The position numbers and the translations under genes were made by a program. The notes under the pieces are model-generated. The model saw only the letters and a program-made list of their open reading frames with translations, made no database searches and had not been told where the DNA came from. From Candidatus Poribacteria bacterium (GTDB lineage Bacteria > Poribacteria > WGA-4E > PCPOR2b): a stretch of DNA of 64,000 bases. Below, piece after piece: positions 38,123-48,140 of this stretch. Where the stretch lies: assembly GCA_965208325.1 (NCBI GenBank), contig OZ242326.1, positions 2,655,363-2,719,362 on the forward strand. Reading direction: 5' to 3'. Numbering within the stretch: the first letter of the stretch is position 1; each line of letters starts with the position of its first letter.

Positions 38123-38932
38123 TTATTTCGCTAGTGCCTCTGCACGCTTGGTCGCTGCAATTACCGCATCAGCAACTATTGCCCGCAGGCGTCCACGTTC
38201 CAGTTCGTACAGTCCCGCCGCCGTAGTTCCACCCGGCGTCGTCACAAGGTTTTTCAGCACCGCCGGGTGTTCCTCAGTCTTCTCCAACATCTTGCTCGCC
38301 CCAAGCACCGTTTGCACTGCAAGTTGAAATGCATCCGTTCGGGTTAATCCAACCTGCACGCCAGCGTCCGCAAGCGCTTCAATAAACAGGAAGACAAATG
38401 CAGGTCCGCTGCCGCTTAAACCGGTAACAGCGTTAAGATAGGTGTCGTCCCTGATAAACGATTTGCCCACAGTATCAAAAATAGCCTGTGTTAGCGTAAG
38501 ATGGTCGTCTGTTGCAGCGCTGCCCCCGGCAATGACCGAGACTGCGGCGCCAACAGAAATCGTGATGTTTGGCATCACGCGAACAATTGGTGCGGGAGGA
38601 GAAAAATAGGATTCCAATTTAACTGCAGGGACGCCCGCTGCAATCGAGATTAGCCATTGATGCGCACTAATTGAAGCTGCGATTTCAGGAAAAATTTCTG
38701 GCACATTATTCGGCTTGGCTGCATACAAAATGCAGTCAACGTTCTCAACTAGTTGAGAGACATCCGCGGCGCGGTTAACGCCCAATTCTTCGCACAACTC
38801 ATCTACGGGTGGTTTGTAAATATCCGTAATCCAAATCTGTTCCGGTGGGAGTAAATCGCCCGCAACTCCTCTAACGATTGCACATCCCATGCTACCGACA
38901 CCTATGGTGCCCAATCGAAGTGTCTTATCCAA
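38123..38932 (-). CDS. proC: pyrroline-5-carboxylate reductase
   Basis: LGTIGVGSMGCAIVRG NADP motif and the P5CR C-terminal dimerisation domain (TTPGGTTAAGL). Confidence 0.9.
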   Translation of the reverse strand: MDKTLRLGTIGVGSMGCAIVRGVAGDLLPPEQIWITDIYKPPVDELCEELGVNRAADVSQLVENVDCILYAAKPNNVPEIFPEIAASISAHQWLISIAAGVPAVKLESYFSPPAPIVRVMPNITISVGAAVSVIAGGSAATDDHLTLTQAIFDTVGKSFIRDDTYLNAVTGLSGSGPAFVFLFIEALADAGVQVGLTRTDAFQLAVQTVLGASKMLEKTEEHPAVLKNLVTTPGGTTAAGLYELERGRLRAIVADAVIAATKRAEALAK

Positions 38933-38948
38933 AGCCTATATTCCTTTC

Positions 38949-39638
38949 CTACACCCGTTTGCCGAAAATAGCTGTGCCGATTCGGATAACATTCGCTCCT
39001 TCTTCGACAGCAACTTCAAAATCATGCGTCATACCCATCGAAAGGTAAGCCATGTCAACCCCCTGAAACCGCTGCGATTTAACCTGTTCCTGAAGACGCC
39101 CTAACAATGCAAATGAAGGACGTACCGCATCCACATTCGGTGCAAACGGCCCAATTGTCATAAGTCCTTTGATCCGGACATGTCTATAATCTAGGGCGCT
39201 TTCGATGAAGCTGAGTACCTGTTCCGGCTGAACACCGTACTTACTCGACTCGCCCGATGTGTTGACCTGAACCAACACGTCGGTCTGGCAATTCAAACCA
39301 GCGGATCGGCGATTTATTTCATTAAGGAGACGCAGGCTATCCACCGAGTGAATCAAATCGAAAATTCGTAATGCCGCTTTGACCTTGTTTCTTTGTAAAT
39401 GCCCAACAAAATGCCACTTCACCGGTCGGTCAATCTGGTCATATTTGGTTCTGGCTTCTTGAAGTTGGTTTTCCCCAATCTCCGTAACGCCGGCGTCAAT
39501 CGCTTCTAGAATGAGAGAAGCTGGTTTGGTTTTGGACACGGCGACAAGGCGTACCGCTTCGGGGTCGCGTCCAGCACGATCGGCCGCAGCATCAACTCGG
39601 TCCCGGACTTGCTTTAAATTTTCATGAATGGAAGCCAA
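38949..39638 (-). CDS. yggS: YggS-family pyridoxal-phosphate homeostasis protein
   Basis: LVAVSKTKP (PLP-Lys), GENQLQE, and WHFVGHLQRNK motifs. Confidence 0.9.
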   Translation of the reverse strand: MASIHENLKQVRDRVDAAADRAGRDPEAVRLVAVSKTKPASLILEAIDAGVTEIGENQLQEARTKYDQIDRPVKWHFVGHLQRNKVKAALRIFDLIHSVDSLRLLNEINRRSAGLNCQTDVLVQVNTSGESSKYGVQPEQVLSFIESALDYRHVRIKGLMTIGPFAPNVDAVRPSFALLGRLQEQVKSQRFQGVDMAYLSMGMTHDFEVAVEEGANVIRIGTAIFGKRV

Positions 39639-39766
39639 ACGATCACTATCCCTCCGCCCTGCAATACCTTAATGTTGGCAGTTGAACTTATTCCCACTGC
39701 AATGTTACACCTATTGACACAAGGGTAGATTCAGCGAACAGATAGGAAACATTGACCGGCCCAATA

Positions 39767-39805
39767 GGGAGGGATCAACCGACTGTATAGGGAGGGCGAT
39801 AGTTT
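39767..39805 (-). repeat. dispersed roughly 40-bp intergenic repeat, copy D
   Basis: Reverse complement aaactatcgccctccctatacagtcggttgatccctccct. Confidence 0.75.
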
Positions 39806-39824
39806 CTCTTCCCCATTAACTCAA

Positions 39825-40571
39825 TCATTCAGAGGACGCCTCATCAGGTAGGGAAGGTGGAACATAGAGAATACGTTGACAACTTCCACATCGGATAATT
39901 TGTTCGTTTTTACGAGCCTGCTGTAAGGTCTGAGGCGGAACTCTGAGATGGCAACTGCCGCACGCATTGTCTACAACCAACGAAATCAGCCCTGTGCCTT
40001 GACGTTTGAACCACTCCTGATAACGGTTTATTAAATCGGGATGGATTTTCGGCTGAAAATTAAGACGCTTTTCTTGATAGTCTGCAATTTGTGATTTGAG
40101 GTCATCCGTTTCTTTTTCATATTCGGCTTTCTGCTCATTATTTTTCGCTTGCTCCCCGTCGAACGCCTTTTGTTGTTGATTCAGCTCTTCTTTGAGTTGG
40201 TCTATCAGTAGCATGATTTCTAAAATTTCGTCTTCAATCTCCGCCTCTTTTCCCATGAGAAAACTAATCTCTTGGTCCACCGCCTGATACTCTTTGTTGG
40301 TCTTAACCTCCCGTAATCGTGCCTGAGATTTTCGGCGCTGTTCTTGCTGCATCTCAAGCGCACCCGCTTTTGATCGTTGCTCCTTTTCCGCGTCCGCTAA
40401 CTTTTTCTGCTTTTCTTCCAGTTTCTGCTGATATACGTGAATACTCTCCTCCAACCTTTTTATCTTGTTTGGAACCGACTTCAATTTATCTTGAACCGCC
40501 AGAATTTCGGTGTCGGTCTGCTGCAGTTCAAATAAGAGCGGCAACTGTTCTTGTAAGTTAAAATTAAGCAT
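39825..40571 (-). CDS. coiled-coil C4 zinc-ribbon protein (COG1579 / zf-RING_7-like)
   Basis: Long heptad-repeat region followed by CGSCHLRVPPQ...RCGSCQRIL. Confidence 0.75.
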   Translation of the reverse strand: MLNFNLQEQLPLLFELQQTDTEILAVQDKLKSVPNKIKRLEESIHVYQQKLEEKQKKLADAEKEQRSKAGALEMQQEQRRKSQARLREVKTNKEYQAVDQEISFLMGKEAEIEDEILEIMLLIDQLKEELNQQQKAFDGEQAKNNEQKAEYEKETDDLKSQIADYQEKRLNFQPKIHPDLINRYQEWFKRQGTGLISLVVDNACGSCHLRVPPQTLQQARKNEQIIRCGSCQRILYVPPSLPDEASSE

Positions 40572-41394
40572 AGCTTTCCGGCTCGCTTTCCACGAGAAAA
40601 GCGAGAAAAATTCCCAGCTGGTAGAGTCCAATGAGTGGAATCGCCATCAGAAGCATTGATGCCGGATCTGCTGGCGTCAACATAGCCGACAATACAAAGA
40701 TCCCGAGGAACGCATAGTTGCGTCGTTCTCGAAACCCTTGAGAATTAATCACCCCAATCCATGACAGAAACGCCATGACAATCGGAAGTTCAAACGCGAT
40801 GCCGAACCCGATTAACAAGCGCGTCAGGAAATTCACATACCTGTCCAACTCCCACAAGTTATCATAGTCTTTTAAGAGCTTTGCGGAAAATTCCATTACA
40901 ACTGGCGCCACGATAAAATATGCGAAAATCGCGCCAACCACGAAGAAAAACACGATGACAAAAAACAAGGGAAGTGCATACCTCTTCTCCCGATGTGTCA
41001 ATGCGGGGAAGATAAACGACCAAATCTGGTACAGCACCACCGGCGACGCCATCAGGAAGCCAAAGGTAAAGCTGATTTTGATGTAAGCCATAATGCCTTC
41101 GACAACGCCGCCCTTAATGATCTTCGCGTCAACGGTTGAACCGCTAGCCCTCAGAACAATTGAGAGATACCCAAAGAATGACCCGTCCGGCGCACCAACC
41201 CAATCTATCAATGTTGCCAATGATACGTTGATCGGCATATTCAAAGGCAACGTCAAAATTTTGGCGTAAAAATTATGAAACGTCAGACTAGCCGCCACGG
41301 AAATACCAACCGCAATAGCAGATATGATTATCCGCCGCCGGAGCTCCTCAAGATGCTCCCAGAAGGTCATGGACCTACCGTCGTCAGATGCCAT
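40564..41394 (-). CDS. tatC: twin-arginine translocase subunit TatC
   Basis: MTFWEHLEELRRRII, six TM helices, and LTPADP motif. Confidence 0.9.
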   Translation of the reverse strand: MASDDGRSMTFWEHLEELRRRIIISAIAVGISVAASLTFHNFYAKILTLPLNMPINVSLATLIDWVGAPDGSFFGYLSIVLRASGSTVDAKIIKGGVVEGIMAYIKISFTFGFLMASPVVLYQIWSFIFPALTHREKRYALPLFFVIVFFFVVGAIFAYFIVAPVVMEFSAKLLKDYDNLWELDRYVNFLTRLLIGFGIAFELPIVMAFLSWIGVINSQGFRERRNYAFLGIFVLSAMLTPADPASMLLMAIPLIGLYQLGIFLAFLVESEPESYA

Positions 41395-41406
41395 ACCCTT
41401 TCACCG

Positions 41407-41619
41407 CTAGACCCCTTTATCCGTCCGTTTGGACGAATTTGCATCCTCTTCGTCCATTGATTTAGCCAAATCGTTTTGAATATCTTTTCCAGCACTCTTG
41501 AATTCCCGTATTGCCTTCCCAAGAGAGCGCCCCATCTCCGGCAATCGCTTTGGTCCAAAGATGACAAGGATGGCCAAAAGAATCAAGAGAATTTCCCATC
41601 CACCTAAAGACCCAGGCAT
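41407..41619 (-). CDS. tatA: twin-arginine translocase TatA/E family protein
   Basis: GGWEILLILLAILVIFGPKRLPEMGRSLGKAIREFK. Confidence 0.9.
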   Translation of the reverse strand: MPGSLGGWEILLILLAILVIFGPKRLPEMGRSLGKAIREFKSAGKDIQNDLAKSMDEEDANSSKRTDKGV

Positions 41620-41908
41620 CTGTGATTTCCTCCCAAATAGAGATTATAAAGCAGATTGTTCAAGCAAAATGCAGGAATATTATACTTTAAAAACTGATGA
41701 ATTTCAATCGCTATGTCAAAGATTACCAGAACTGATTTCTTGAAATCCCATTATCTATCCTAAACACATTCCTCAATTCATCCAACTCGCCGGTTACTGA
41801 TCGTGGTCATTTACGCCGCTAAAAAACACTTCTTATCGCGATTCCCGCACTTGATTTCTGTGGAAAAATTACAGGAATTTCTTCAATGGTAATGTAAACG
41901 AGGTTTTT

Positions 41909-42580
41909 TCAGTCGTTGCCCTGAACGGACATTTCAACGAATACGTTACGCGCTACTTCACGGCCCACATGGTGCTCACATCCCTTAATCTTCAGACATA
42001 ACGGCCCATTAAACGGCGCCTTGGCCACAACTTGGACACGGGCACCCGGAATTAGCCCCAATCCGGCAAGGTAACGCAGCATCTCAGGGATGCCATCATT
42101 AACCTGGCGAACCGTGACAAAACTCCCGGCATCGATCTCCGCCAGAATTTCGTAGGAGGTTTCCTTGAGATTACCCTCTTTTGTTGGAATAGTGTGTCCG
42201 TGCGGGTCTATCGTTGGATGGCCCAACGCTTCAGCCATCTTCTCCTCAAACTCCTCAGAGATGACATGTTCCAGCTTATCCGCTTCATGGTGCACCTTAT
42301 CCCAGGTGAACCCCATGATTTCAACCAGATAAAGTTCAAGCAATCGGTGGTGGCGGACAACCTCTTGAGCGATTTTCTCGCCGCCCTCGGTCAACTTAAC
42401 GCCGTGGTAAGAGTTGTGATTGAGCAGTTCCATCGACGCCAACTTTCTAATCATACCAGTCACAGATGCGGCTGAGACGTGCATATGCTGCGCAATGACA
42501 GAGGTAGGCACTTTCTCCTCTTTTCCCTTTTGTAGGAGATAGATTGCCTTTAGATAATCTTCCATCGCATGAGTTATCAT
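41909..42580 (-). CDS. DtxR/IdeR/MntR-family metal-dependent transcriptional repressor with C-terminal FeoA/SH3-like domain
   Basis: MEDYLKAIY, the HTH VSAASVTGMIRKL, and the metal-site residues HHRLLELYL...HHEADKLEH. Confidence 0.85.
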   Translation of the reverse strand: MITHAMEDYLKAIYLLQKGKEEKVPTSVIAQHMHVSAASVTGMIRKLASMELLNHNSYHGVKLTEGGEKIAQEVVRHHRLLELYLVEIMGFTWDKVHHEADKLEHVISEEFEEKMAEALGHPTIDPHGHTIPTKEGNLKETSYEILAEIDAGSFVTVRQVNDGIPEMLRYLAGLGLIPGARVQVVAKAPFNGPLCLKIKGCEHHVGREVARNVFVEMSVQGND

Positions 42581-42612
42581 TCTAAACCATCCAACAGTTC
42601 CAACTGGCCATA

Positions 42613-42630
42613 TTTAGGCATGCCTAAATT
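42613..42630. promoter_or_regulatory. perfect 18-bp palindrome ATTTAGGCATGCCTAAAT: candidate DtxR-family operator (TTAGG half-sites)
   Basis: Lies about 33 bp upstream of the DtxR-family gene start. Resembles the IdeR/DtxR box TTAGGTTAGGCTAACCTAA. Confidence 0.5.
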
Positions 42631-42707
42631 TTAACTGGAATATGGTAATATGTACGAATAAACGCTGTCAAGCCAATTTTTGTCTTTATCGTCAAGAAGG
42701 TGTTTTG

Positions 42708-44786
42708 TCAGTTGACATCATCGGCTGCCGCCGCTTGGTCCTGGTAATTGTCGCGTAGGATGCGCCGCATGACCTTGTTGGAAGCCGTGCGAGGCAGGTC
42801 GTCAACGATGACTACATCATGAATCCTGAAGAGGGGATTGAGATGCTGCCGTATCGCCATACGCAGTGCTGCCTTCAGCGGTTCCCTTTCCATGTCGACG
42901 TTTTCCAGAAGGACGGCGTAAATCACTAGTTGACTAGGCCCCCCGCCTGGAGGCGATACCGCAATGGCTGCGGTTTCCCGTATACCCGCCTCTAAATTGA
43001 GGGTTTGTTCAATTTCCGTCGAACTCACTTTAATCCCCCCAAGATTCATTGTGTCGTCCACTCTGCCGTGAATGCGATAATAGTTCCCCTTCAATCGCTC
43101 AATTTGATCTCCGTGGCGCCGCAGCGGTATATCGCCTTTTTTGGGCGGCATTTTAGGGGTGCCTTCAAAATATACTTGGTGATGGTCTCGGTTTAACAAT
43201 GACGTGGAAAGCCCGACTGACGGCGATATTAGATAGACTTCCCCGTTATTGCAGGGTTGACCGCGCTGGTCAAGAATTAAAAAATCTAATCCCAATGTAG
43301 GTGTCGTAAACGTCGATGGTGCGGCTGGCTGCACCATGGTCCCAGTGATATAGCCGCCGCCAATCTCCGTGCCGCCGCAATACTCGATGACCGGGCGGTA
43401 TCCTGCGAGCGACATCAAAAACAACATGTCTTCAGGGTTTGAACACTCGCCAGTTGAACTGTATGATTTGATGGCTGTCCAGTCAAGCCCTTTCATGCAG
43501 CCGCTATTTTTCCATGTCCTCACAATACTAGGAACCACGCCGAGCACTTTGACGCCGGCATGCTGAACAAACTCACCAAATCCTCTACCCGTTGGGACGC
43601 CATAATACAGCCCAATAGTCGCTCGATTGATTAAACTAGCAAAGATTAACCACGGCCCCATCATCCACCCAATAGACGTTGGCCAAGCTACAACGTCGTT
43701 TGATTGAATGTCCTGATGCAAATGGCCGTCTGCGGCGCATTTGATTGGGGTAGTGTGCGTCCAAGGAATCGCTTTGGGCACGCCAGTTGTCCCCGAGGAG
43801 AATAAAATGTTGGCATGATCGGAGGGTTGACAGGACACAGCATCGAACTCACTATTCTCGCAGAGGAATTCGCCCCAAGTCAAATCGCCGTCCCGCAATT
43901 GAATCGCACAGGATGGCTGCTTGCTCTCACCGGTAAGCACGATTGCTTTTGGAGCATTTGCGGAAACGACTTTGGCATATATTGGCAACTGTTTTTGTGC
44001 ACGGACAATATAATCCTGAGTGAAAACGGCTTTGGCATTTCCGAGTTGCAGGCGGATGGCAATCTCCTCCGGTGCAAAGCTGTCGGCGATGGAGACCACG
44101 GCACACCCGGCTGCGACAATGCCGAGGTAAATTGCCACTGATTCCACCGTCATTGGCATGTTAACTGCAATAGCGTCGCCCGGACAGAATCCGTCGCGCA
44201 CCAGTCCATTGGCGACGCGGTTCGTCAATGAACGAAGCTCCAAATAGGTTACGGTTGAAAGCGCCCCGTCTTCACGTTGGAAGACAATTGCAGGCGCATC
44301 GTCCGGCGCATTGAAACAACTCTCGGTAATATTCAACTGCGCATCTAGAAGCCAATTCGGCGACGTTACACCATCGGACAAACCAACAACTCGGGAGAAC
44401 TTGCGTTTGAATCGAATCCCCAGTCTTTGAATCATGAGTTCCCAGAATTCAGCGCGGTGTTTTACCGACCAATCATGGAGATGTTCATAGGAATTCAGAT
44501 TCAATTCACGCATGGCATGGGCGATATTCGTGGATTCAATCTGGTTTTTTGAAGGGAACCAGGCTGGCGGGGGACCTTGCGCTGCATCCCAATCGGCAAA
44601 GATTGTTTCGTGCAAAAGTCTGTGTAGGGCAAACGGCAGATCCGGGGTGAGTAGTTTCTGCGTAATTTCGGTCCAACAAGCTGGACCGGAAAGTGTAGAT
44701 TTTAACTGATTCACTCGCAGCAGTATATCGGCAGCCGCATTTTCTTCCAGTCCGGTTGCGATTAACTGTTGAAGGGAGAGATCCAT
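42708..44786 (-). CDS. AMP-forming acyl-CoA synthetase (acetyl-/acetoacetyl-CoA synthetase-like)
   Basis: ACS-type N-domain (Y..L...S....FWEL...W), the AMP-binding motif SSGTTGVPK, and YGGTE. Confidence 0.7.
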   Translation of the reverse strand: MDLSLQQLIATGLEENAAADILLRVNQLKSTLSGPACWTEITQKLLTPDLPFALHRLLHETIFADWDAAQGPPPAWFPSKNQIESTNIAHAMRELNLNSYEHLHDWSVKHRAEFWELMIQRLGIRFKRKFSRVVGLSDGVTSPNWLLDAQLNITESCFNAPDDAPAIVFQREDGALSTVTYLELRSLTNRVANGLVRDGFCPGDAIAVNMPMTVESVAIYLGIVAAGCAVVSIADSFAPEEIAIRLQLGNAKAVFTQDYIVRAQKQLPIYAKVVSANAPKAIVLTGESKQPSCAIQLRDGDLTWGEFLCENSEFDAVSCQPSDHANILFSSGTTGVPKAIPWTHTTPIKCAADGHLHQDIQSNDVVAWPTSIGWMMGPWLIFASLINRATIGLYYGVPTGRGFGEFVQHAGVKVLGVVPSIVRTWKNSGCMKGLDWTAIKSYSSTGECSNPEDMLFLMSLAGYRPVIEYCGGTEIGGGYITGTMVQPAAPSTFTTPTLGLDFLILDQRGQPCNNGEVYLISPSVGLSTSLLNRDHHQVYFEGTPKMPPKKGDIPLRRHGDQIERLKGNYYRIHGRVDDTMNLGGIKVSSTEIEQTLNLEAGIRETAAIAVSPPGGGPSQLVIYAVLLENVDMEREPLKAALRMAIRQHLNPLFRIHDVVIVDDLPRTASNKVMRRILRDNYQDQAAAADDVN

Positions 44787-44845
44787 ATCGAATAACTCGG
44801 CTTTAATTAGCCGGAGATGTACCTGACACCGATATCAATACGTCT

Positions 44846-45856
44846 TCAAGGATTGAACTTGATGATTTCGCGGCACCGTGCGGATTTATGCAACGCATCG
44901 CAGATGCGCATGGTATCGACGGCGTCGGTTAGCAAGTCGCGATTAGGCTGCCCCAACTGAACCCACTCCGAAAACCGTTCGATCATCCGCACCTCCTGAA
45001 TGCACGACTTAAACTTGTGTTCTGCGGCTTTGCCCTGAACGTCGTGCACCCAAAATCGGGACGATTCCTCTTTCCAAGGGTCTACAAAATCGTCGCATAT
45101 CAAGGAGGCTCGGGTTCCCGCAATCTCAAACCACATGCGGCTCCCTACGTCGAAACCGCAATCAAACGAAGCCATCCGTTCGTCTCGAAACCAGAGGGTA
45201 CCCGACACATTGAAATCCGTACCCTGGTAATAGCGCGCAGTAGCGAAGACCTGATCAGGGAGATCGCCAAAAGCCCAGAGAATCGCGCGGATACAGTAAT
45301 AACCTAAATCGCCAAGACAGCCGCAGGCAAACTCCTTTTTCAACCGTATGTTATCTTCGGGAATCTTTTCCCAATTGAAAGTGAACGCCGCTGTTACCCG
45401 GCGCATCCGGCCTAAAACACCACTGGCTATGATTTGCTTCATCGCAAAGGTACGTTCGTGGTGAACCCACATGACGCCATCCATCAAATGCACATTGTGC
45501 GTGCGGCACGCAGCCGCCATAGCAGACGCTTCTTCTGCATTTGCGGTAAACGGTTTTTCGCACAGCACGTGTTTGCCGCATTCAGCCGCTTTGATGGTCC
45601 ATTCAGCGTGCATTGATGGCGGCAGGGGAATGTAGACCGCATCTATTTCCGGGTCCTCTAGTAGAGCATCGTAGTTTCCGTAGGCGCGGTCAACTCCATG
45701 CTCTAATGCCCATCCGCGAGCACGTACTTCCGTCCGGCTAGCGATCGCCGCTAATTCAGCGTTTTCTGCCAAGCGTATCGCACGACTCACCTTATCCGCA
45801 ATTCTTGCGGTGCTCAAAATCCCCCAGCGTACCTTCTGCTTCGGTGTAACAGTCAT
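44846..45856 (-). CDS. Gfo/Idh/MocA-family oxidoreductase
   Basis: VRWGILSTARIA Rossmann motif and EKP motif (HVLCEKPF). Confidence 0.85.
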   Translation of the reverse strand: MTVTPKQKVRWGILSTARIADKVSRAIRLAENAELAAIASRTEVRARGWALEHGVDRAYGNYDALLEDPEIDAVYIPLPPSMHAEWTIKAAECGKHVLCEKPFTANAEEASAMAAACRTHNVHLMDGVMWVHHERTFAMKQIIASGVLGRMRRVTAAFTFNWEKIPEDNIRLKKEFACGCLGDLGYYCIRAILWAFGDLPDQVFATARYYQGTDFNVSGTLWFRDERMASFDCGFDVGSRMWFEIAGTRASLICDDFVDPWKEESSRFWVHDVQGKAAEHKFKSCIQEVRMIERFSEWVQLGQPNRDLLTDAVDTMRICDALHKSARCREIIKFNP

Positions 45857-46237
45857 TATTTTACCGTTCTCTGTCTTATTTTAACCCTACCTGCTTGTCC
45901 ACGGGCGCAAAACGCCCTAGAAGATACCATAGCACCCTCAACTAAGAAATTCAAGCAAATACAAGTCGAAAAATGCCTCGTCTTCCGATCTTGAGGTGAA
46001 CCACTTGTCACATACTTTTTTGCTAAAATTGTTTGAATCGCGCCGATGATAAACGCTGACTGCTATTTCTCGCCTGGTCTGAATCTGTGGATTCACCCAG
46101 AGTCATTCCAACCCAACTTACCATCAACTCGGCAATAAAATTAAGTTTTCGGCCGGGCGATTCCTCGCTCCTTTCCACACGCACAACAATTGTAGTACTC
46201 TAAACACCGAATCATCCGCTGAGTACGGTCAAACACG

Positions 46238-47869
46238 TTAACTCACCTTTCCCCTAGCCTCCAACACCTTTGAAACCACGGTTTCTACATCTACTTCATC
46301 GACAAACGGGGATAGGATGAATGATTTCAGTGCCACGATTGGTTCGCCGTATTCGCTTCGCCGATAGCAGTCGGTAGTGGAAATGACAACGCCCCGCCCT
46401 TCCATCGCCTCCGAATGTACGTATTCAAAAATCTTCCGGTTGTAGTCGTTGTGAGACAGCAAGCTGTCGCGATAATTTGCGTCCTCAAATTCCTGCCGCT
46501 TGATTAAAAACGTATCGACGCCAATCGGATAGGTGCGGAAGAGCGTAACCGTGCCGAAGTTATCTCGATTCAGCACGGTTGTGCCTTCATGTCCTTCCAG
46601 ATGTTCCCGCAGGAGTTGCGTCATTTCAACGATGTGTCCGAGGATGACGCGCAATCCTTGCTCGCCAAACAATCGAAAATTGGCGAGGGCAGCGAGAACC
46701 CCTGTCCCGGATCGGGAAGTCTCAAGGGTGAACATTCCGGGGCGATGGTCGCCAAAGTGGTAGAGATACGGCATCTGTTCCGGGTGGCGTGTCACCAATT
46801 CCAAATCTGCTTGATTCTTGACGAGGACGAGACTAGAAATGTAAGGCGCAAAACCGGTTTTGTGAAAGTCGATTCCGACGGAATCCGCCGTGGACAAATG
46901 CCGTATTCGCCGGCATGCCCCCGCCAATGCGCGGATGGTACGTGGACGGAACCCGAGGGGGTTCTTCTCAACGTCATAGTCATTGAACACCGACCATGCC
47001 CACCCAATGACTGCGTCTGCGTGAATGTGCGGCTTGTAATCAAGTTTGAACTCTTTGACAAGCGCGTCGCGTAACGCCGCAATGCTCTGCAAATCGTCCA
47101 ACCCAAACGAATCGGTGGTACCCAATGTCGCAATAATCGCCGCAATTCGATTCCCGTTTTCTAGTACCGTCCGTGCTTGCTGCTCAAGTTGCACGAGATC
47201 GATTTCGTTTTCGACATTGGTCGGGATTGTAATCAGATTGTTCGTTCCGATTCCGAGCCAGCCGACGACGTTAGCGGCACAATAGTGGCCCGCGTCGGAA
47301 ACAAACACAACAGCGTTCTTAGGCACGCCCTTACCTATCGTCTCCGGGCAAGCCTTTTCCAAGCCCAACTTCACGCCATAGAGTGTCGTTCCGGTGCCGC
47401 CAAAGGTAAACATGCCGCTCGACTCTTTAGGGTCATATCCTATCAATTTTGAGGTCATAGCGACCACCTCAACTTCAGCCAATGCAACGAGGCGGCTATA
47501 TTCATCCCAAGCAATATTCGGATTGTACAGGGAAGCGAGGAGCACGCCAATCAGACTGGGAATCGTCGGCGGAGGAATAACGTTTTGCTGCGTACGGGGA
47601 TGCCCAAAGATTGTCATGCCTTGCAAGTAATTCACGAGTTCGGTCGTGACATCCTCAACGGAGGATACTCCATCCGGCAGCCTGGCCTCCTTTGCACGCT
47701 CGAAATTACCGGGAACGACGTTGCCGAGCATCGGCAGTTGCGTTTTCAGTGCATCAACCTGATCTAAGGCGCGCATGATTGAATGTACGAAATACGAATC
47801 ATGGATGGGGTGCGATACCGGCTGAGGAAAAGCGAGCCGGATTTTATCCAAGATTTCGCGGTATGCCAT
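46238..47869 (-). CDS. group II pyridoxal-dependent (amino acid) decarboxylase
   Basis: Fold-type I decarboxylase with the PLP-Lys in SVGIDFHKTG and GGTGTTLYG. Confidence 0.7.
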   Translation of the reverse strand: MAYREILDKIRLAFPQPVSHPIHDSYFVHSIMRALDQVDALKTQLPMLGNVVPGNFERAKEARLPDGVSSVEDVTTELVNYLQGMTIFGHPRTQQNVIPPPTIPSLIGVLLASLYNPNIAWDEYSRLVALAEVEVVAMTSKLIGYDPKESSGMFTFGGTGTTLYGVKLGLEKACPETIGKGVPKNAVVFVSDAGHYCAANVVGWLGIGTNNLITIPTNVENEIDLVQLEQQARTVLENGNRIAAIIATLGTTDSFGLDDLQSIAALRDALVKEFKLDYKPHIHADAVIGWAWSVFNDYDVEKNPLGFRPRTIRALAGACRRIRHLSTADSVGIDFHKTGFAPYISSLVLVKNQADLELVTRHPEQMPYLYHFGDHRPGMFTLETSRSGTGVLAALANFRLFGEQGLRVILGHIVEMTQLLREHLEGHEGTTVLNRDNFGTVTLFRTYPIGVDTFLIKRQEFEDANYRDSLLSHNDYNRKIFEYVHSEAMEGRGVVISTTDCYRRSEYGEPIVALKSFILSPFVDEVDVETVVSKVLEARGKVS

Positions 47870-48140
47870 GTCTATTCTCCGTCTCTATTGCAAATATTGT
47901 CGCCTATTTTACAATCGGCACAACGCCTAGGCTGGTGTCCGGTTCGAGCAAAGTAGAGGATACGTATATAGTGGATCGATAATCTTCGGGCATTATGCAA
48001 ACGAACTGACAACCACAATTCAGCCAAATTGCCACGCTGAAATAATAACACATCCACCGCCAGAAGTCACATTTTGCGCGGCTGGAGCGTAACGCAGTAG
48101 CCGCATCCAATTGACGGAATAGCAGGCTCACCGTGACGGG

